A stretch of 64,000 nt of DNA from a virus, in the IMG/VR virus record IMGVR_UViG_3300020391_000003, positions 64,001 through 128,000 of that record; one strand, given 5' to 3'. The translations under genes and the position numbers were made by a program. Under the pieces are notes generated by a model, which was given only the letters and a program-made list of their open reading frames with translations, searched no databases and was not told the DNA's origin. Positions 8,727 to 18,615 of the stretch are shown here, in pieces; the first letter of the stretch is position 1, and each line of letters starts with the position of its first letter.

Positions 8727-10431
8727 GATATTTTTTATTAATTTAAAAGACAACCCTGAACCATGGATAAAAGCTCAAAATATTTTCTCCCTTTTACCTG
8801 ATACCCTCAAGGTTGAGCGAATTGATGCGGTAGATACTAGAAAAGATCTATCTGCATTAGAAAAATTTAATTTAAAACTAGATCCCGTTGGATTAGTAAA
8901 CAAGCTGTATTTCTCTGAAAGTCCAGGCGCCGCAGGTTATTACCTAAACCACTTTTCAGCGTGGCAGCAAATCATAGAACAAAAACTGGATTTTGCGTTG
9001 ATTCTTGAAGATGATGTAGTTTTAACTGATGTTGTTCAATTTTTGCTTGAAAATCCAGACTTACACGACGGAATTGAACTTATGCATCTTGCCAAAAAAA
9101 GTCGCGATAGACTTCATGCCTATATTTTGAGCTATAACGGGGCAGCCAAGTTAATTGAATTAACACTTGATCACAGTCCGCTATCTAAGATTGATCCGTC
9201 ACGCAGTTTATTTTTTAATGAAAAATTAAATTTAAAAAATATAATAAGCAAAAATACTGAATTTGACTGGTCAACTAAAAGAGCTATATCTTCGCCAGTT
9301 GATAAGTTTGTGATGTATTGCTGCTCAGAATTGGTAGATGATTGGCATAGGTTGAATCGTATAATGATGCCGATTATAGACTTGTGTTTAAGCTCTGCCA
9401 ATAATTATCCTGATGCCCCCAAAAAAGAAAATGAAATTATAAAATTGATGGATTCGTGGAGATTTGAGCATTGGAAGAAAAATCCTTCAATTACAGTTTG
9501 CATTTGTACATACAATAATTATGAACTTTTAGAACAAGCTTTCCTTTCTTGCCAAAATCAATTAGGTGATTACGAATATAAAATCATTATATTAGATAAT
9601 TCTCCACACGATCTCAGGGATAACTCTAAAATAATTAAACTTGTAGAAAATTATAATAAAAATTTTTGGCAAGAAAATATTTCTAAAAACCAATTAAGTC
9701 TCGCTAACTTTGGGGCAGAATATTATCATAAAATTACTCATGGCCTTTCTGGAGCTAGAAATGAATGCATAAAATTATGCACTACGGATTTAATCTACTT
9801 TATAGATGATGATGCTACATTGAAACCCAATGCTGTAGCAAACATGGTTTCCAAGTTTAAATCGCCTCAGATTGGGGTTGTTGGTGGAAAAGTTACTCCT
9901 GATTGGGGGGAGCTAATTCGCCCTAGCTGGCTTAGCGATCAAGAACTCGGCAATCTCTCAATGTGCGATTTTTCTGAAAAAGATTTATTCCTTGAAGATA
10001 GTGAATTTCCAATATGGCTTGTAGGTGCAAATATTTGCTTTAGAACTGAGTATGTGAGAGATGTTGGTGGATTTAATACTTCTCTTGGAAGAAAAGGTGG
10101 GGGCTCTAATCTATTAAGCGGTGAAGAAGATGATCTAGTCAGAAAAATTAGGCAAAATTATTATGCTCTTTATACCCCTGATTGTGAAATTTTACATAGG
10201 GTTGATGAATCCAGATTGAATCAAAGCTGGTTTGTTAAGCGAAATGCATGGCAGGCAGTATCAAATATGATTGGCGGGGTGCTATGGATAGATGAAAAAA
10301 AGGGCGTCAGCGAAATTGTTAAAAACAATATACATTTAATATTTGAAGAGCCAAAGTCTGACACTGATTTTGATTTAAAATGTAAAATTATTGCATACTT
10401 AACTCATCTGCTTCTCGATGGAGATATATAA
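8716..10431 (+). CDS. Glycosyltransferase fusion (GT25-like N-terminus + GT2 C-terminus)
   Basis: FFINL..ERIDAVD..LILEDDV (GT25); TVCICTYN, GLSGARN, YFIDDDA, VGANICFR, SGEE (GT2). Confidence 0.85.
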   Translation: MNFKIFFINLKDNPEPWIKAQNIFSLLPDTLKVERIDAVDTRKDLSALEKFNLKLDPVGLVNKLYFSESPGAAGYYLNHFSAWQQIIEQKLDFALILEDDVVLTDVVQFLLENPDLHDGIELMHLAKKSRDRLHAYILSYNGAAKLIELTLDHSPLSKIDPSRSLFFNEKLNLKNIISKNTEFDWSTKRAISSPVDKFVMYCCSELVDDWHRLNRIMMPIIDLCLSSANNYPDAPKKENEIIKLMDSWRFEHWKKNPSITVCICTYNNYELLEQAFLSCQNQLGDYEYKIIILDNSPHDLRDNSKIIKLVENYNKNFWQENISKNQLSLANFGAEYYHKITHGLSGARNECIKLCTTDLIYFIDDDATLKPNAVANMVSKFKSPQIGVVGGKVTPDWGELIRPSWLSDQELGNLSMCDFSEKDLFLEDSEFPIWLVGANICFRTEYVRDVGGFNTSLGRKGGGSNLLSGEEDDLVRKIRQNYYALYTPDCEILHRVDESRLNQSWFVKRNAWQAVSNMIGGVLWIDEKKGVSEIVKNNIHLIFEEPKSDTDFDLKCKIIAYLTHLLLDGDI

Positions 10432-11003
10432 TGATATGCGATAACAGAAATTTTATATTCGTTAGAGTTGCAAAGACTGGTTCTAGCAGTATCATTAAAG
10501 CACTTTTTCCAAAAAAAACTTGGCGGCAAAGAACAAAAGTCAATGATTGGGAAAAGTTTGATCCAAATCATTATCCTTTATTTAAAATTAAAGAAGTAAT
10601 TTCTAAAGAAAAATATGAATCATATTTTAAGTTTGCTTTTACTAGAAATCCATATGACAGATGCGTATCCGCATGGAAATATTCATTAAAAATGGGGTTT
10701 ACGAATCCAGAAAAAAAATTCCTGAATTACGTCAAGCAATTAAATCAAAATAATACGGACGCTAAGTATTTTAGCCAATATAAATTCGTGAAAGGATGCG
10801 ACTTTGTGGGCAAGCTTGAAAACCTTCAAGAAGACTTCGATATCATATGCGACAAAATTGGAATTCCACGTCAACAACTTCCACACGAAAATTCCACAAA
10901 ACACAAACACTACACCGAATACTACGATGGTGAAACTCGTAAGATTGTTGCGGAAAAATACGCAAAAGACATTGAGCATTTCAGATATGAATTTGGAGAG
11001 TAA
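10431..11003 (+). CDS. Sulfotransferase (Sulfotransfer_2-like)
   Basis: FVRVAKTGSSS 5'-PAPS loop, FAFTRNPYDRCVS 3'-phosphate motif, FVGKLENLQEDF. Confidence 0.85.
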   Translation: MICDNRNFIFVRVAKTGSSSIIKALFPKKTWRQRTKVNDWEKFDPNHYPLFKIKEVISKEKYESYFKFAFTRNPYDRCVSAWKYSLKMGFTNPEKKFLNYVKQLNQNNTDAKYFSQYKFVKGCDFVGKLENLQEDFDIICDKIGIPRQQLPHENSTKHKHYTEYYDGETRKIVAEKYAKDIEHFRYEFGE

Positions 11004-11013
11004 AGAACTAGTT

Positions 11014-11859
11014 ATGGGCTACAATTCAATATCTTTTGGAACAAGCTGCATGGGCAGATTAAATCATTTAAGCCAAACTTATATCCACAATATAGAAACT
11101 GCATTAAGCGTAGATCGTAATTCAAAATTTGTTTTGTTAAATTATAATTCTCAAGATGGAATGCATGAGTGGGTGCAAGAAAATTTATCTAGCTACATTC
11201 AAAAAGGGACGCTTAAATATTTGCGCACATCTACTCCGCAAGAATTTTCGCAGTCTCACACTAAAAATATAACAAGTAAGCATGCAGATGCAGATATTGT
11301 TTGCCTACTAGATGCAGATCATTTTTTAACCAAGCGCTATGTTCAGCAAAATTTACTTTTCTTTAACCAAGAGTTCGACTCACACAAAATATCTAGACCA
11401 AAAGCAGAAGGAGGAAAAGGAGGAAGAATTGCTTTTCAAAAAAAAGATTTTTTAGAAATTGGAGGATTTGACGAACGCATGAAATGCTGGGGACACGAAG
11501 ATACAGACTTTCATTATAGATTCACGCATTACTTTGATAATGTATCAGAAATTACACCCGATATAGAAGAAGAATCAATCATACAGCATGATGACGATTC
11601 TAGAAATTCAAACTCAAAACTTACTGCGGCTCCCGCGATTCATTCAAAAGAAGAGTTTCAAAAATTTTGCAATACAATGAAATGGCATAGAACAAAAGCT
11701 CAGACTTTAGGAATAGATTTTGAGGAATATTTTAAACTTCATGGGCCAAGAATTATCAACAGAGAGTTTTCTGTAAGAATAGAAGAAGAATTTAACAAAA
11801 CTAAAGATTTTTCACTTATGATATCGAACAAAAATTTAGATTGGGGCAACCTTTCATGA
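11014..11859 (+). CDS. Glycosyltransferase (GT2 / galactosyltransferase C-terminal-like)
   Basis: CLLDAD DxD motif, IGGFDERMKCWGHEDTDF; start moved to ATG after upstream stop. Confidence 0.8.
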   Translation: MGYNSISFGTSCMGRLNHLSQTYIHNIETALSVDRNSKFVLLNYNSQDGMHEWVQENLSSYIQKGTLKYLRTSTPQEFSQSHTKNITSKHADADIVCLLDADHFLTKRYVQQNLLFFNQEFDSHKISRPKAEGGKGGRIAFQKKDFLEIGGFDERMKCWGHEDTDFHYRFTHYFDNVSEITPDIEEESIIQHDDDSRNSNSKLTAAPAIHSKEEFQKFCNTMKWHRTKAQTLGIDFEEYFKLHGPRIINREFSVRIEEEFNKTKDFSLMISNKNLDWGNLS

Positions 11860-13568
11860 AAGAAAATTTAATTTTCAGTTCAATTGGAGATTTCGCCCAA
11901 CTGCCAAACTGGATTGGGTCAGATCAAAATTATGATATCTGGATAACTTATTATGGTGATGATGAAAACAAATACAATTACTATAAGCAGTATGTTCAGT
12001 TCATAAAAAAGTCCAAGGGCTCTAAGTTTCAGAATTTTAATCTCATATGGAAAGAGTTCCATTCAGAGTTAAACAAATATGAAAGATTTTTTATTTTAGA
12101 CGATGATATAATCTTTGATTCTTATAAAGATATTAATAAAATGTTTAATTTCGCCAAAGATCAGTCAACCTGGATTTGCGGCCCGACATTTAAATCTTCT
12201 GGAAAAATTTCACACAAAATCACCCAAACCGATGAAGGGGCATCTTTTAGATATGTAAATTTTGTTGAAATTAACACTCCTCTATTTTCTAATTTTGCTA
12301 TAAATAAATTTATGAAACACTATGATGACTCGCTTATTGGATGGGGCATAGATTTTTGCTACATTCAAATACTGGGTCACTCAGCCAAAAATAGATACGC
12401 TCTTGTTGATGAAGTTTCTGTAATAAATCCATTGCCCCAGAAAGCCTTAGATTTATGCAAGATTAATAATATAGACTTTTCATCTCAGGATTTTACGAGT
12501 AGCGAAAAGAGAATCGAACTTCAAGAATTCCTAGAGCAACCAACAGAGACAAGCGGAAGGGAACTCATGAATATAGAAGGCGCAGAAAACAGAAGCCTTA
12601 CATGGAAAAGTTTTTGTCAAAAAAATCAAATACGTCAACGTTTTGAATTAAAAAACTGGGAAGTAATTAAAAAAATAAAAAAAATCTTAATAACCAGAAT
12701 GCTCGGTAATGACCTGAGCGGACTTCATGGAGAAGAACAGACATTACGAAATTTAGAGTTTACCCTTAAAGAAGAACCGCATTTTGATAATGTAGATAAA
12801 CTTTTTATTTTAAACAGAATTGCCTGTAATTATAAAAAGCAAAAAATAATAAACCTGCTAAATGAATATGATGCAAGTTATGCGGAGATACCCTTTTGCT
12901 TTGAATCGTTTCAACAACTTACAAATGTAAGCTCAGAACTAAAACTAGAGCATTTTGACGAAAACAAAAACATAGACTTTATACTTCGACAACTTTTTGA
13001 GCATAATTTATATTTAGTCAACAATAATGCTTGTAGAAATTTCGCAATAGAATATGGAAAAAAAAGAGAATATGGCTGGACTTTTGTTTTAGACTCAAAT
13101 AATTTTTTTACAGAACAATTATTTAGCGATATTATAACAAATATCAATTTTAGCTCCGAGTATTTAGCGATACCACAAAAAAGACTTCAAGATGGTTATT
13201 TGCCAAATCAAATTTTACGTTGTGAAGGCTTTGAAAGATTGCTGGAATACCTACCCAATCAAGAGCCTCAGTTGGCATTTAAGCACACTTCAAATATCAC
13301 CTTTAATCAATTTATTCCTTACGGATTATCTCCAAAAGCAGAGCTTCTGAATGCGTTGAATATTCAAGGTAAATGGAATAATTGGCAAGAATATATTAGA
13401 CTTGGAATAAAACCAAGAAATTTTCCCGCAGCACGAACACAAACTCTTTCTTCGGTAATTAGACTTAATCCTCACTGCGAGGAAAACAATATTAATCAAA
13501 ATTGGATTTCTAGATGGAAAGGAATATATCTTTTATCTGAACAGTTAAGTAATAAGAAATATTTATAA
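11841..13568 (+). CDS. Glycosyltransferase-like fusion (DUF707-like N-terminus)
   Basis: FFILDDDII, NFVEINTPLFS, GWGID; second domain with NNACRNFA..FVLDSN. Confidence 0.65.
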   Translation: MGQPFMKENLIFSSIGDFAQLPNWIGSDQNYDIWITYYGDDENKYNYYKQYVQFIKKSKGSKFQNFNLIWKEFHSELNKYERFFILDDDIIFDSYKDINKMFNFAKDQSTWICGPTFKSSGKISHKITQTDEGASFRYVNFVEINTPLFSNFAINKFMKHYDDSLIGWGIDFCYIQILGHSAKNRYALVDEVSVINPLPQKALDLCKINNIDFSSQDFTSSEKRIELQEFLEQPTETSGRELMNIEGAENRSLTWKSFCQKNQIRQRFELKNWEVIKKIKKILITRMLGNDLSGLHGEEQTLRNLEFTLKEEPHFDNVDKLFILNRIACNYKKQKIINLLNEYDASYAEIPFCFESFQQLTNVSSELKLEHFDENKNIDFILRQLFEHNLYLVNNNACRNFAIEYGKKREYGWTFVLDSNNFFTEQLFSDIITNINFSSEYLAIPQKRLQDGYLPNQILRCEGFERLLEYLPNQEPQLAFKHTSNITFNQFIPYGLSPKAELLNALNIQGKWNNWQEYIRLGIKPRNFPAARTQTLSSVIRLNPHCEENNINQNWISRWKGIYLLSEQLSNKKYL

Positions 13569-13570
13569 TT

Positions 13571-14455
13571 ATGATATTATTAATTGGTGGTACTGGATAT
13601 GTCGGACTTAAATTTCAAGAGATTTTATCTTCACGCAATATTGAGTTTAGAAATCTTTCCCGTAATCAGGTGGATTATTATGATTTCAAAACATTGAACG
13701 ATGTTATTTCAAATGCAAAACCTGAGTTTGTATTAAACGCAGGCGGTTTTACAGGAAAACCAAACGTCGATCAATGTGAAATCAATAAAAGTGAAACAAT
13801 CATCGGAAACGTTCTTCTTCCTCAAATTCTTGGTCAAGTATGCGAACTTAACGATGTTCCATTGGTTCACGTATCAAGTGGTTGCATTTATGCAGGTGAC
13901 AAAGGAGAGAATACCGATGGAAGCAAAATCGGATTTACTGAAGAAGATACTCCGAACTTTTCATACGATCAACCTCCTTGTAGTTTTTATAGTGGAAGTA
14001 AAGCACTTGGCGAAGAAGTTTTAAGCAAGTTTGAAAAAGTATATACTTGCCGACTTCGTATTCCGTTTGACGAATTTGATTCAAACAGAAACTATCTTTC
14101 AAAGATTCAAAGATACGACAAAGTGTATAACGCAGTAAACTCAATTTCACATCGTGAAGAATTTGTAAATGCTTGTCTTGATTTACCATTGAATAAATGC
14201 GACTATGGAATCTACAATGTAACCAACGGAGGATATGTAACAACCAAGCAAGTAGTTGAGTGTATGAAGAAAAAATTTAAGTTGGAAAAAGAATTTGAGT
14301 ATTGGAAAGATGATTCAGAGTTTTATAGCAAAGGAGCAACTACACCAAGATCAAACTGCGTTATGGATAATAGCAAATTATTAAACACAGGAATCAAAAT
14401 ACGTTACTGCATGGATGCAATTGAAGATTCTTTTAACAAATGGAAGAAAGAGTAA
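13571..14455 (+). CDS. dTDP-4-dehydrorhamnose reductase-like / NDP-sugar epimerase-reductase (SDR)
   Basis: GGTGYVG Rossmann motif, GFTGKPNVDQCE, HVSSGCIY, YSGSK catalytic YxxxK. Confidence 0.85.
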   Translation: MILLIGGTGYVGLKFQEILSSRNIEFRNLSRNQVDYYDFKTLNDVISNAKPEFVLNAGGFTGKPNVDQCEINKSETIIGNVLLPQILGQVCELNDVPLVHVSSGCIYAGDKGENTDGSKIGFTEEDTPNFSYDQPPCSFYSGSKALGEEVLSKFEKVYTCRLRIPFDEFDSNRNYLSKIQRYDKVYNAVNSISHREEFVNACLDLPLNKCDYGIYNVTNGGYVTTKQVVECMKKKFKLEKEFEYWKDDSEFYSKGATTPRSNCVMDNSKLLNTGIKIRYCMDAIEDSFNKWKKE

Positions 14456-14490
14456 ATGCAAATCAACATAATTGATTATGAATTCGGAGA

Positions 14491-14670
14491 TTAATTTTTT
14501 ATTTTTTTATAAATCTTTTTTCTTTGTGAATCTGTAAGATTTTCGTATTGCATTTGAGCTTTTAATTTGGCAGTCATCTTTGCCCTGATTACAAATCGAT
14601 CTTTATTTTCTTGCATATATTTTTGGTACAAATAATCAAGCACGTCTTTACGCTCTTGTGGACTTAGCAT
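14491..14670 (-). CDS. Small basic hypothetical protein (start probably 14670)
   Basis: MLSPQERK start lies 9 nt after a GTGTA motif (14684-14680). Confidence 0.5.
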   Translation of the reverse strand: MLSPQERKDVLDYLYQKYMQENKDRFVIRAKMTAKLKAQMQYENLTDSQRKKIYKKIKN

Positions 14671-14745
14671 ATCATGATATACACTTTTTTGCAAAAATTT
14701 CATTTATTGCTTTACATTATAAGTAAAATATGTTAAGATCATAAA

Positions 14746-14997
14746 GTGTCAAAAATAACCAAAGAATTAAAAAACGCCACCTTTATCTATGACGAAGAAA
14801 AGAAAACGTTCACAATTATGGAAGCGGATGGATTCAATGGACATATTGAGTTAAACAAAGTTTACGCTTTTGCTTTTATGCGTTTTGTTGTTCGAATGGC
14901 TCAAAGAAATTGGCTTAGATCAAATAAAAGTATTTCCAAAATAATTGAAGAAGAAGAACTTGAAGAAAATGATTCAAATCAATTAAATTTATTTTAA
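14746..14997 (+). CDS. Hypothetical protein
   Basis: 83 aa ORF ending QLNLF (clamp-binding-like motif). Confidence 0.55.
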   Translation: MSKITKELKNATFIYDEEKKTFTIMEADGFNGHIELNKVYAFAFMRFVVRMAQRNWLRSNKSISKIIEEEELEENDSNQLNLF

Positions 14998-15216
14998 TGA
15001 GTAAATATACATTAGATGTTTCCAAAGAAGAAATCATAGAAATTTATGTCAAAGAATGGGTACTAAATTGGTGCAAAAAGAACCATCCAGAAGTTTTCGA
15101 TAAAGCTAAAGCTTATATCACAGAAAATTTGAAATAATATTTAAACTTGCGGCTAGTATTAATAAAGCCGAAATTTGTTTTATTGTTACACAATGAATCA
15201 TAAATTATTTTTATTT

Positions 15217-15807
15217 TTAGTTTTTTTTCTTTGCATGATATAAATCGTCCTTAATATCTTTAATAACTTTTTCAAGATAAGAAACTCTTTTATCTCTTGA
15301 TACAAAAGGAACAGACCAAAACTGACGAGTACGAAACCAAAGCCTCCAATTCCAGCCAAACACAAAAGAATATACTCCCATTATCAATCGCAACTTTACA
15401 GAGTTTGCATATAAAGTAAGAACTGGTAGCGCAGGAGCTCCGTGAGTTATATATGTTCTAACGATTCTATCTTTTAGCAGAGCGGATGGAAGCCCCATAG
15501 TCTTGGTGATAGACTTAAAATTATATGCAAATCCTGGAGTAAAAACTTCGTCAAAAAATACTTCAAGTTTTGGAGTGCAACGAAACCACCAAACAGGTGA
15601 TACAAAATAAATATGAGTTGACCAAGAAACATAATCTTTATATGTTTTTACTAAATCAGTATTCTCTCGCCTGAAATTTTCTTGGTACAATTCTATTGTT
15701 TTTATTTCAACTTTCTTGTTTTCCAAAATAGTTTTAATTGTTCTAAAAATTCCATCATAGCAGAAGGAATCTGTTTCGGGATGTCCGATTATTATTAGTG
15801 CTTTCAT
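15217..15807 (-). CDS. NAD(P)H-dependent quinone oxidoreductase-like flavoprotein (flavodoxin-2 fold)
   Basis: MKALIIIGHP..SF, SPVWW..PKLEVFFDEVFTPGFAY, THGAP. Confidence 0.85.
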   Translation of the reverse strand: MKALIIIGHPETDSFCYDGIFRTIKTILENKKVEIKTIELYQENFRRENTDLVKTYKDYVSWSTHIYFVSPVWWFRCTPKLEVFFDEVFTPGFAYNFKSITKTMGLPSALLKDRIVRTYITHGAPALPVLTLYANSVKLRLIMGVYSFVFGWNWRLWFRTRQFWSVPFVSRDKRVSYLEKVIKDIKDDLYHAKKKN

Positions 15808-15808
15808 A

Positions 15809-16513
15809 TTAAAAAAGGTTGTTGTTAAATACTTCAATTAAACCAAATTTTTGTGTGACAACTGCAATAGGAATAATTGCAAAGCCAATAAAAATAATAT
15901 AAGCATACGCATAAGAAACTATTTCAAGTTTTGGTCTCATTGCCTCGGTACGCAATCCAAGAGATTGAAACGTACTTGAAACTCCGTGAACAAGATGCTT
16001 GCAAAGCAAAAACATTGCGAGAACATAAAAAATGCTTATCCATTCTTTTTTGAATCCATAAATCATCATAGCATAAACATCGTGAATTTGCTCACCATTG
16101 GGTGATCCAACTGTTGTCATAAGGTTATCGTATTCAGGATAAATAATGCGAATAGTATAATGAAACAAATGAAAGAAAATGAAAGCAAAAATAATAGAAC
16201 CACTTAGACCCATACGCAATGAATGCCATTTGCTTTTTTTGGTAACTTCTATTTTATTTTTAATTGGTCTTGCTTTTTTGTTTTCACGAATTAATGCCAC
16301 TGCTACGACAATATGAATAAACACACTTGCAAACAATATTAAACGAGAACCCCATAATATAGGCATCGGTAGATTTTGCAAAAAGTATGCGTATGCGTTA
16401 ATGGCATCTTGACCAATAAAAATCTGAAGATTGCCTGTCATATGCACAAATACAAATCCTACGAGAACAAGACCAGTAAGTGCCATTAGATATTTTTTAA
16501 TTAATGAATTCAT
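15809..16513 (-). CDS. sdhC: Succinate dehydrogenase cytochrome b558 subunit
   Basis: KKYLMALTGL..VHMTGNL, IHIVVA, FHLFHY, KHLVHGVSSTFQSLG: five TM helices with heme-ligand His of the b558 SdhC family. Confidence 0.88.
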   Translation of the reverse strand: MNSLIKKYLMALTGLVLVGFVFVHMTGNLQIFIGQDAINAYAYFLQNLPMPILWGSRLILFASVFIHIVVAVALIRENKKARPIKNKIEVTKKSKWHSLRMGLSGSIIFAFIFFHLFHYTIRIIYPEYDNLMTTVGSPNGEQIHDVYAMMIYGFKKEWISIFYVLAMFLLCKHLVHGVSSTFQSLGLRTEAMRPKLEIVSYAYAYIIFIGFAIIPIAVVTQKFGLIEVFNNNLF

Positions 16514-17331
16514 TCTGGTCTTTTGCCCAAAGGCTTGCCGTCTTGACCAATCTCACCCTTTCTTATTTTAGTGGCAGAAACTTCTTGAAGCTCTTTGCTT
16601 AGTTCAAGCTGTTCTATATTATAACCAACACCTCTGCCGTAAAATACGTCAGTAATATTGGGTAATTCTACTACTTTTATTTTATTACCAAATTCCAAAC
16701 AAGCCGCATGAATTTCTTGTTTAACTTTTTCAAAATCATAAGGATTACTTTCATCAGTTCCAGCAACATCCCTTAGAGCTATACAGCATTGACCTGTTCT
16801 TTTAATTGCTTCTGCGACCAAAGTCTTGTGTCCGACATGAAATGGCTGATATCGACCGATTAATAATGCAGTGGGAGCTTGATTATCCCATTTTTCTGTT
16901 TCATAAATATTCTTCAAAGCCTTTTCGCACCACTCTTCAGGAGTCCCCTCTCTAAGAATCAAGTCTTGATCATCCCATCTTTTGTCTTTTGTTGGGTCTT
17001 CAAAAAGTTTGTTTGTATCTGCATATCTACCTTCTTTAATTCTATCAACCCATATTACAAAATCAGCATTAAATGCTTCTCTAGCTTCTTCTGTTGGACA
17101 ACAAAAATCCGAAACAACATATCCTCCACCAAGAGCCGCCCAATCTGCAAGTTTGCCCATTCTTCTTGCATGCTCTATACGATCTTCAGCAGAAAATCCA
17201 AGGTCTTTATGTATTTCTTGTCTGACTGCATCAGCGTTAAACCATACAGCATTTAGTCGTGGCACTAATTTTTCTGCTAAAGTTGTTTTTCCAGAACCTG
17301 GCAACCCCATAATTAAAATCTTTCTTTTCAT
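16510..17331 (-). CDS. cysC: Adenylylsulfate kinase fused to an HxGH nucleotidyltransferase domain
   Basis: GLPGSGKTT P-loop, NADAVR, DLGFSAEDRIEHARR (CysC); C-terminal GRYQPFHVGH..SATKIR. Confidence 0.8.
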   Translation of the reverse strand: MKRKILIMGLPGSGKTTLAEKLVPRLNAVWFNADAVRQEIHKDLGFSAEDRIEHARRMGKLADWAALGGGYVVSDFCCPTEEAREAFNADFVIWVDRIKEGRYADTNKLFEDPTKDKRWDDQDLILREGTPEEWCEKALKNIYETEKWDNQAPTALLIGRYQPFHVGHKTLVAEAIKRTGQCCIALRDVAGTDESNPYDFEKVKQEIHAACLEFGNKIKVVELPNITDVFYGRGVGYNIEQLELSKELQEVSATKIRKGEIGQDGKPLGKRPE

Positions 17332-17386
17332 TGACTATTTTACACTTTGTTGAATACATATTCAAATTTATTATTATAAATAATAT

Positions 17387-17462
17387 GCCACCTTAGCTCA
17401 GTTGGTAGAGCACCTCACTTGTAATGAGGATGTCGTCAGTTCGACTCTGACAGGTGGCTCCA
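17387..17462 (+). tRNA. tRNA-Thr(UGU)
   Basis: 76 nt cloverleaf GCCACCT/AGGTGGC, anticodon arm CCTCA-CTTGTAA-TGAGG, TTCGA T-loop, encoded CCA. Confidence 0.96.
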
Positions 17463-17468
17463 TTTTAC

Positions 17469-17981
17469 ATGAACTTATACAATATACCCATACATCAAAA
17501 ATCGCCAAATATAGTTAATGCTATCGTAGAAATACCAAAAGGTACTAGCGTCAAATATGAATACGATAAAGACTTTGGAGTTTTTAAATATGACAGAAGT
17601 CTTACTTCTGCAATGACATATCCATGTAGTTATGGATATATTCCAAGTACATTAGGAGAAGACGGTGATCCTCTTGATTTTTTGGTTTATAATTCTACTC
17701 CTATTGACCGAGCTACTTTAGTTGAATGCAAGGTAATTGGAATTCTTGATATGGAAGATGATGGAGAAAAAGACTATAAAATACTTGGAGTACCTACTTC
17801 TCATGTTCGCAGACATTACAGTTTAAAAAGTATTGATCCAATGTTTCTTAAAATAGCTTCAAACTTTTTTGCACACTATAAAGATTTAAGCAAAAAACAA
17901 GTTAAAGTTTTTGATTGGCATGAAAAAGATCATGCTCAAAAAATAATCAATGAAGCAATACAGAGAACACCCACCGATTAA
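17469..17981 (+). CDS. ppa: Soluble inorganic pyrophosphatase (family I)
   Basis: VEIPKG..KYEYD, YPCSYGYIP, DGDPLD, DDGEKDYK; start moved out of the tRNA. Confidence 0.93.
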   Translation: MNLYNIPIHQKSPNIVNAIVEIPKGTSVKYEYDKDFGVFKYDRSLTSAMTYPCSYGYIPSTLGEDGDPLDFLVYNSTPIDRATLVECKVIGILDMEDDGEKDYKILGVPTSHVRRHYSLKSIDPMFLKIASNFFAHYKDLSKKQVKVFDWHEKDHAQKIINEAIQRTPTD

Positions 17982-18118
17982 TCAACAAAATCGGGCAAGT
18001 GAAAAGTATCGTCCTCTTCTTCGTCTATTAAATATAAGCTCATACCAAGATATCGATACATTACACAATTTGGATCTTTATTCTTGACAAATATAACTTA
18101 TTCTGATAGACTATATCA

Positions 18119-18433
18119 ATGAGTAAAAAATCAGATCCATTTTACGATGAAGAGCTAGATAGTGTTTGCCCTATTACAAATAAAGAGGTAATAGATGATT
18201 GCCACATCACCATTGAGTTTGGATATGGAAGTGATTTAGACATGACCACATATAGCTTCTCTCCTGTTCACGATGAAGTTGGCAAGAAGGTTATTAAATA
18301 TATTGAATCTCTTATGCCAAAAGGTCATGTTGTACAAGAGTTTGCAACAAATGTGATGGATGACCTCTTTGATTCCGATTCAGCTTTTCGTTATTGGTCT
18401 GATGAAGATAAAAAAAATCATGGGCTTGAATGA
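18119..18433 (+). CDS. Hypothetical protein
   Basis: Own promoter TTGACA(18084)-17-TAGACT; ATG 6 nt downstream. Confidence 0.65.
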   Translation: MSKKSDPFYDEELDSVCPITNKEVIDDCHITIEFGYGSDLDMTTYSFSPVHDEVGKKVIKYIESLMPKGHVVQEFATNVMDDLFDSDSAFRYWSDEDKKNHGLE

Positions 18434-18615
18434 GACCTTGGAAGGATTGTAATACATTAGGAAAATGTATGATTATTTGCAGTGTAATAAATGTTATTGT
18501 TGCAATTAAATTAGCTACTATTCCAAGTTATTTTTCTATATTTAGTATTATTATGGGTGCTTATTGTGGAATGATGACATATTCCAAAAAATGCACCAAA
18601 GATGACAAAGCATAA
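18430..18615 (+). CDS. Small membrane protein
   Basis: ATGA overlap; two hydrophobic segments. Confidence 0.55.
   Translation: MRPWKDCNTLGKCMIICSVINVIVAIKLATIPSYFSIFSIIMGAYCGMMTYSKKCTKDDKA

Noticed and set aside
17454-17468. Track start of ppa at 17454
   Set aside because: Lies inside the tRNA-Thr acceptor stem; ATG at 17469 is the plausible start
15217-17981. Interpreting the sdhC/cysC/ppa block as bacterial chromosome or contamination
   Set aside because: No sdhAB or cys operon context; same composition and GTGTA motif as flanking phage genes; contiguous with rIIA/rIIB-bearing sequence. A chimeric assembly cannot be fully excluded without reads
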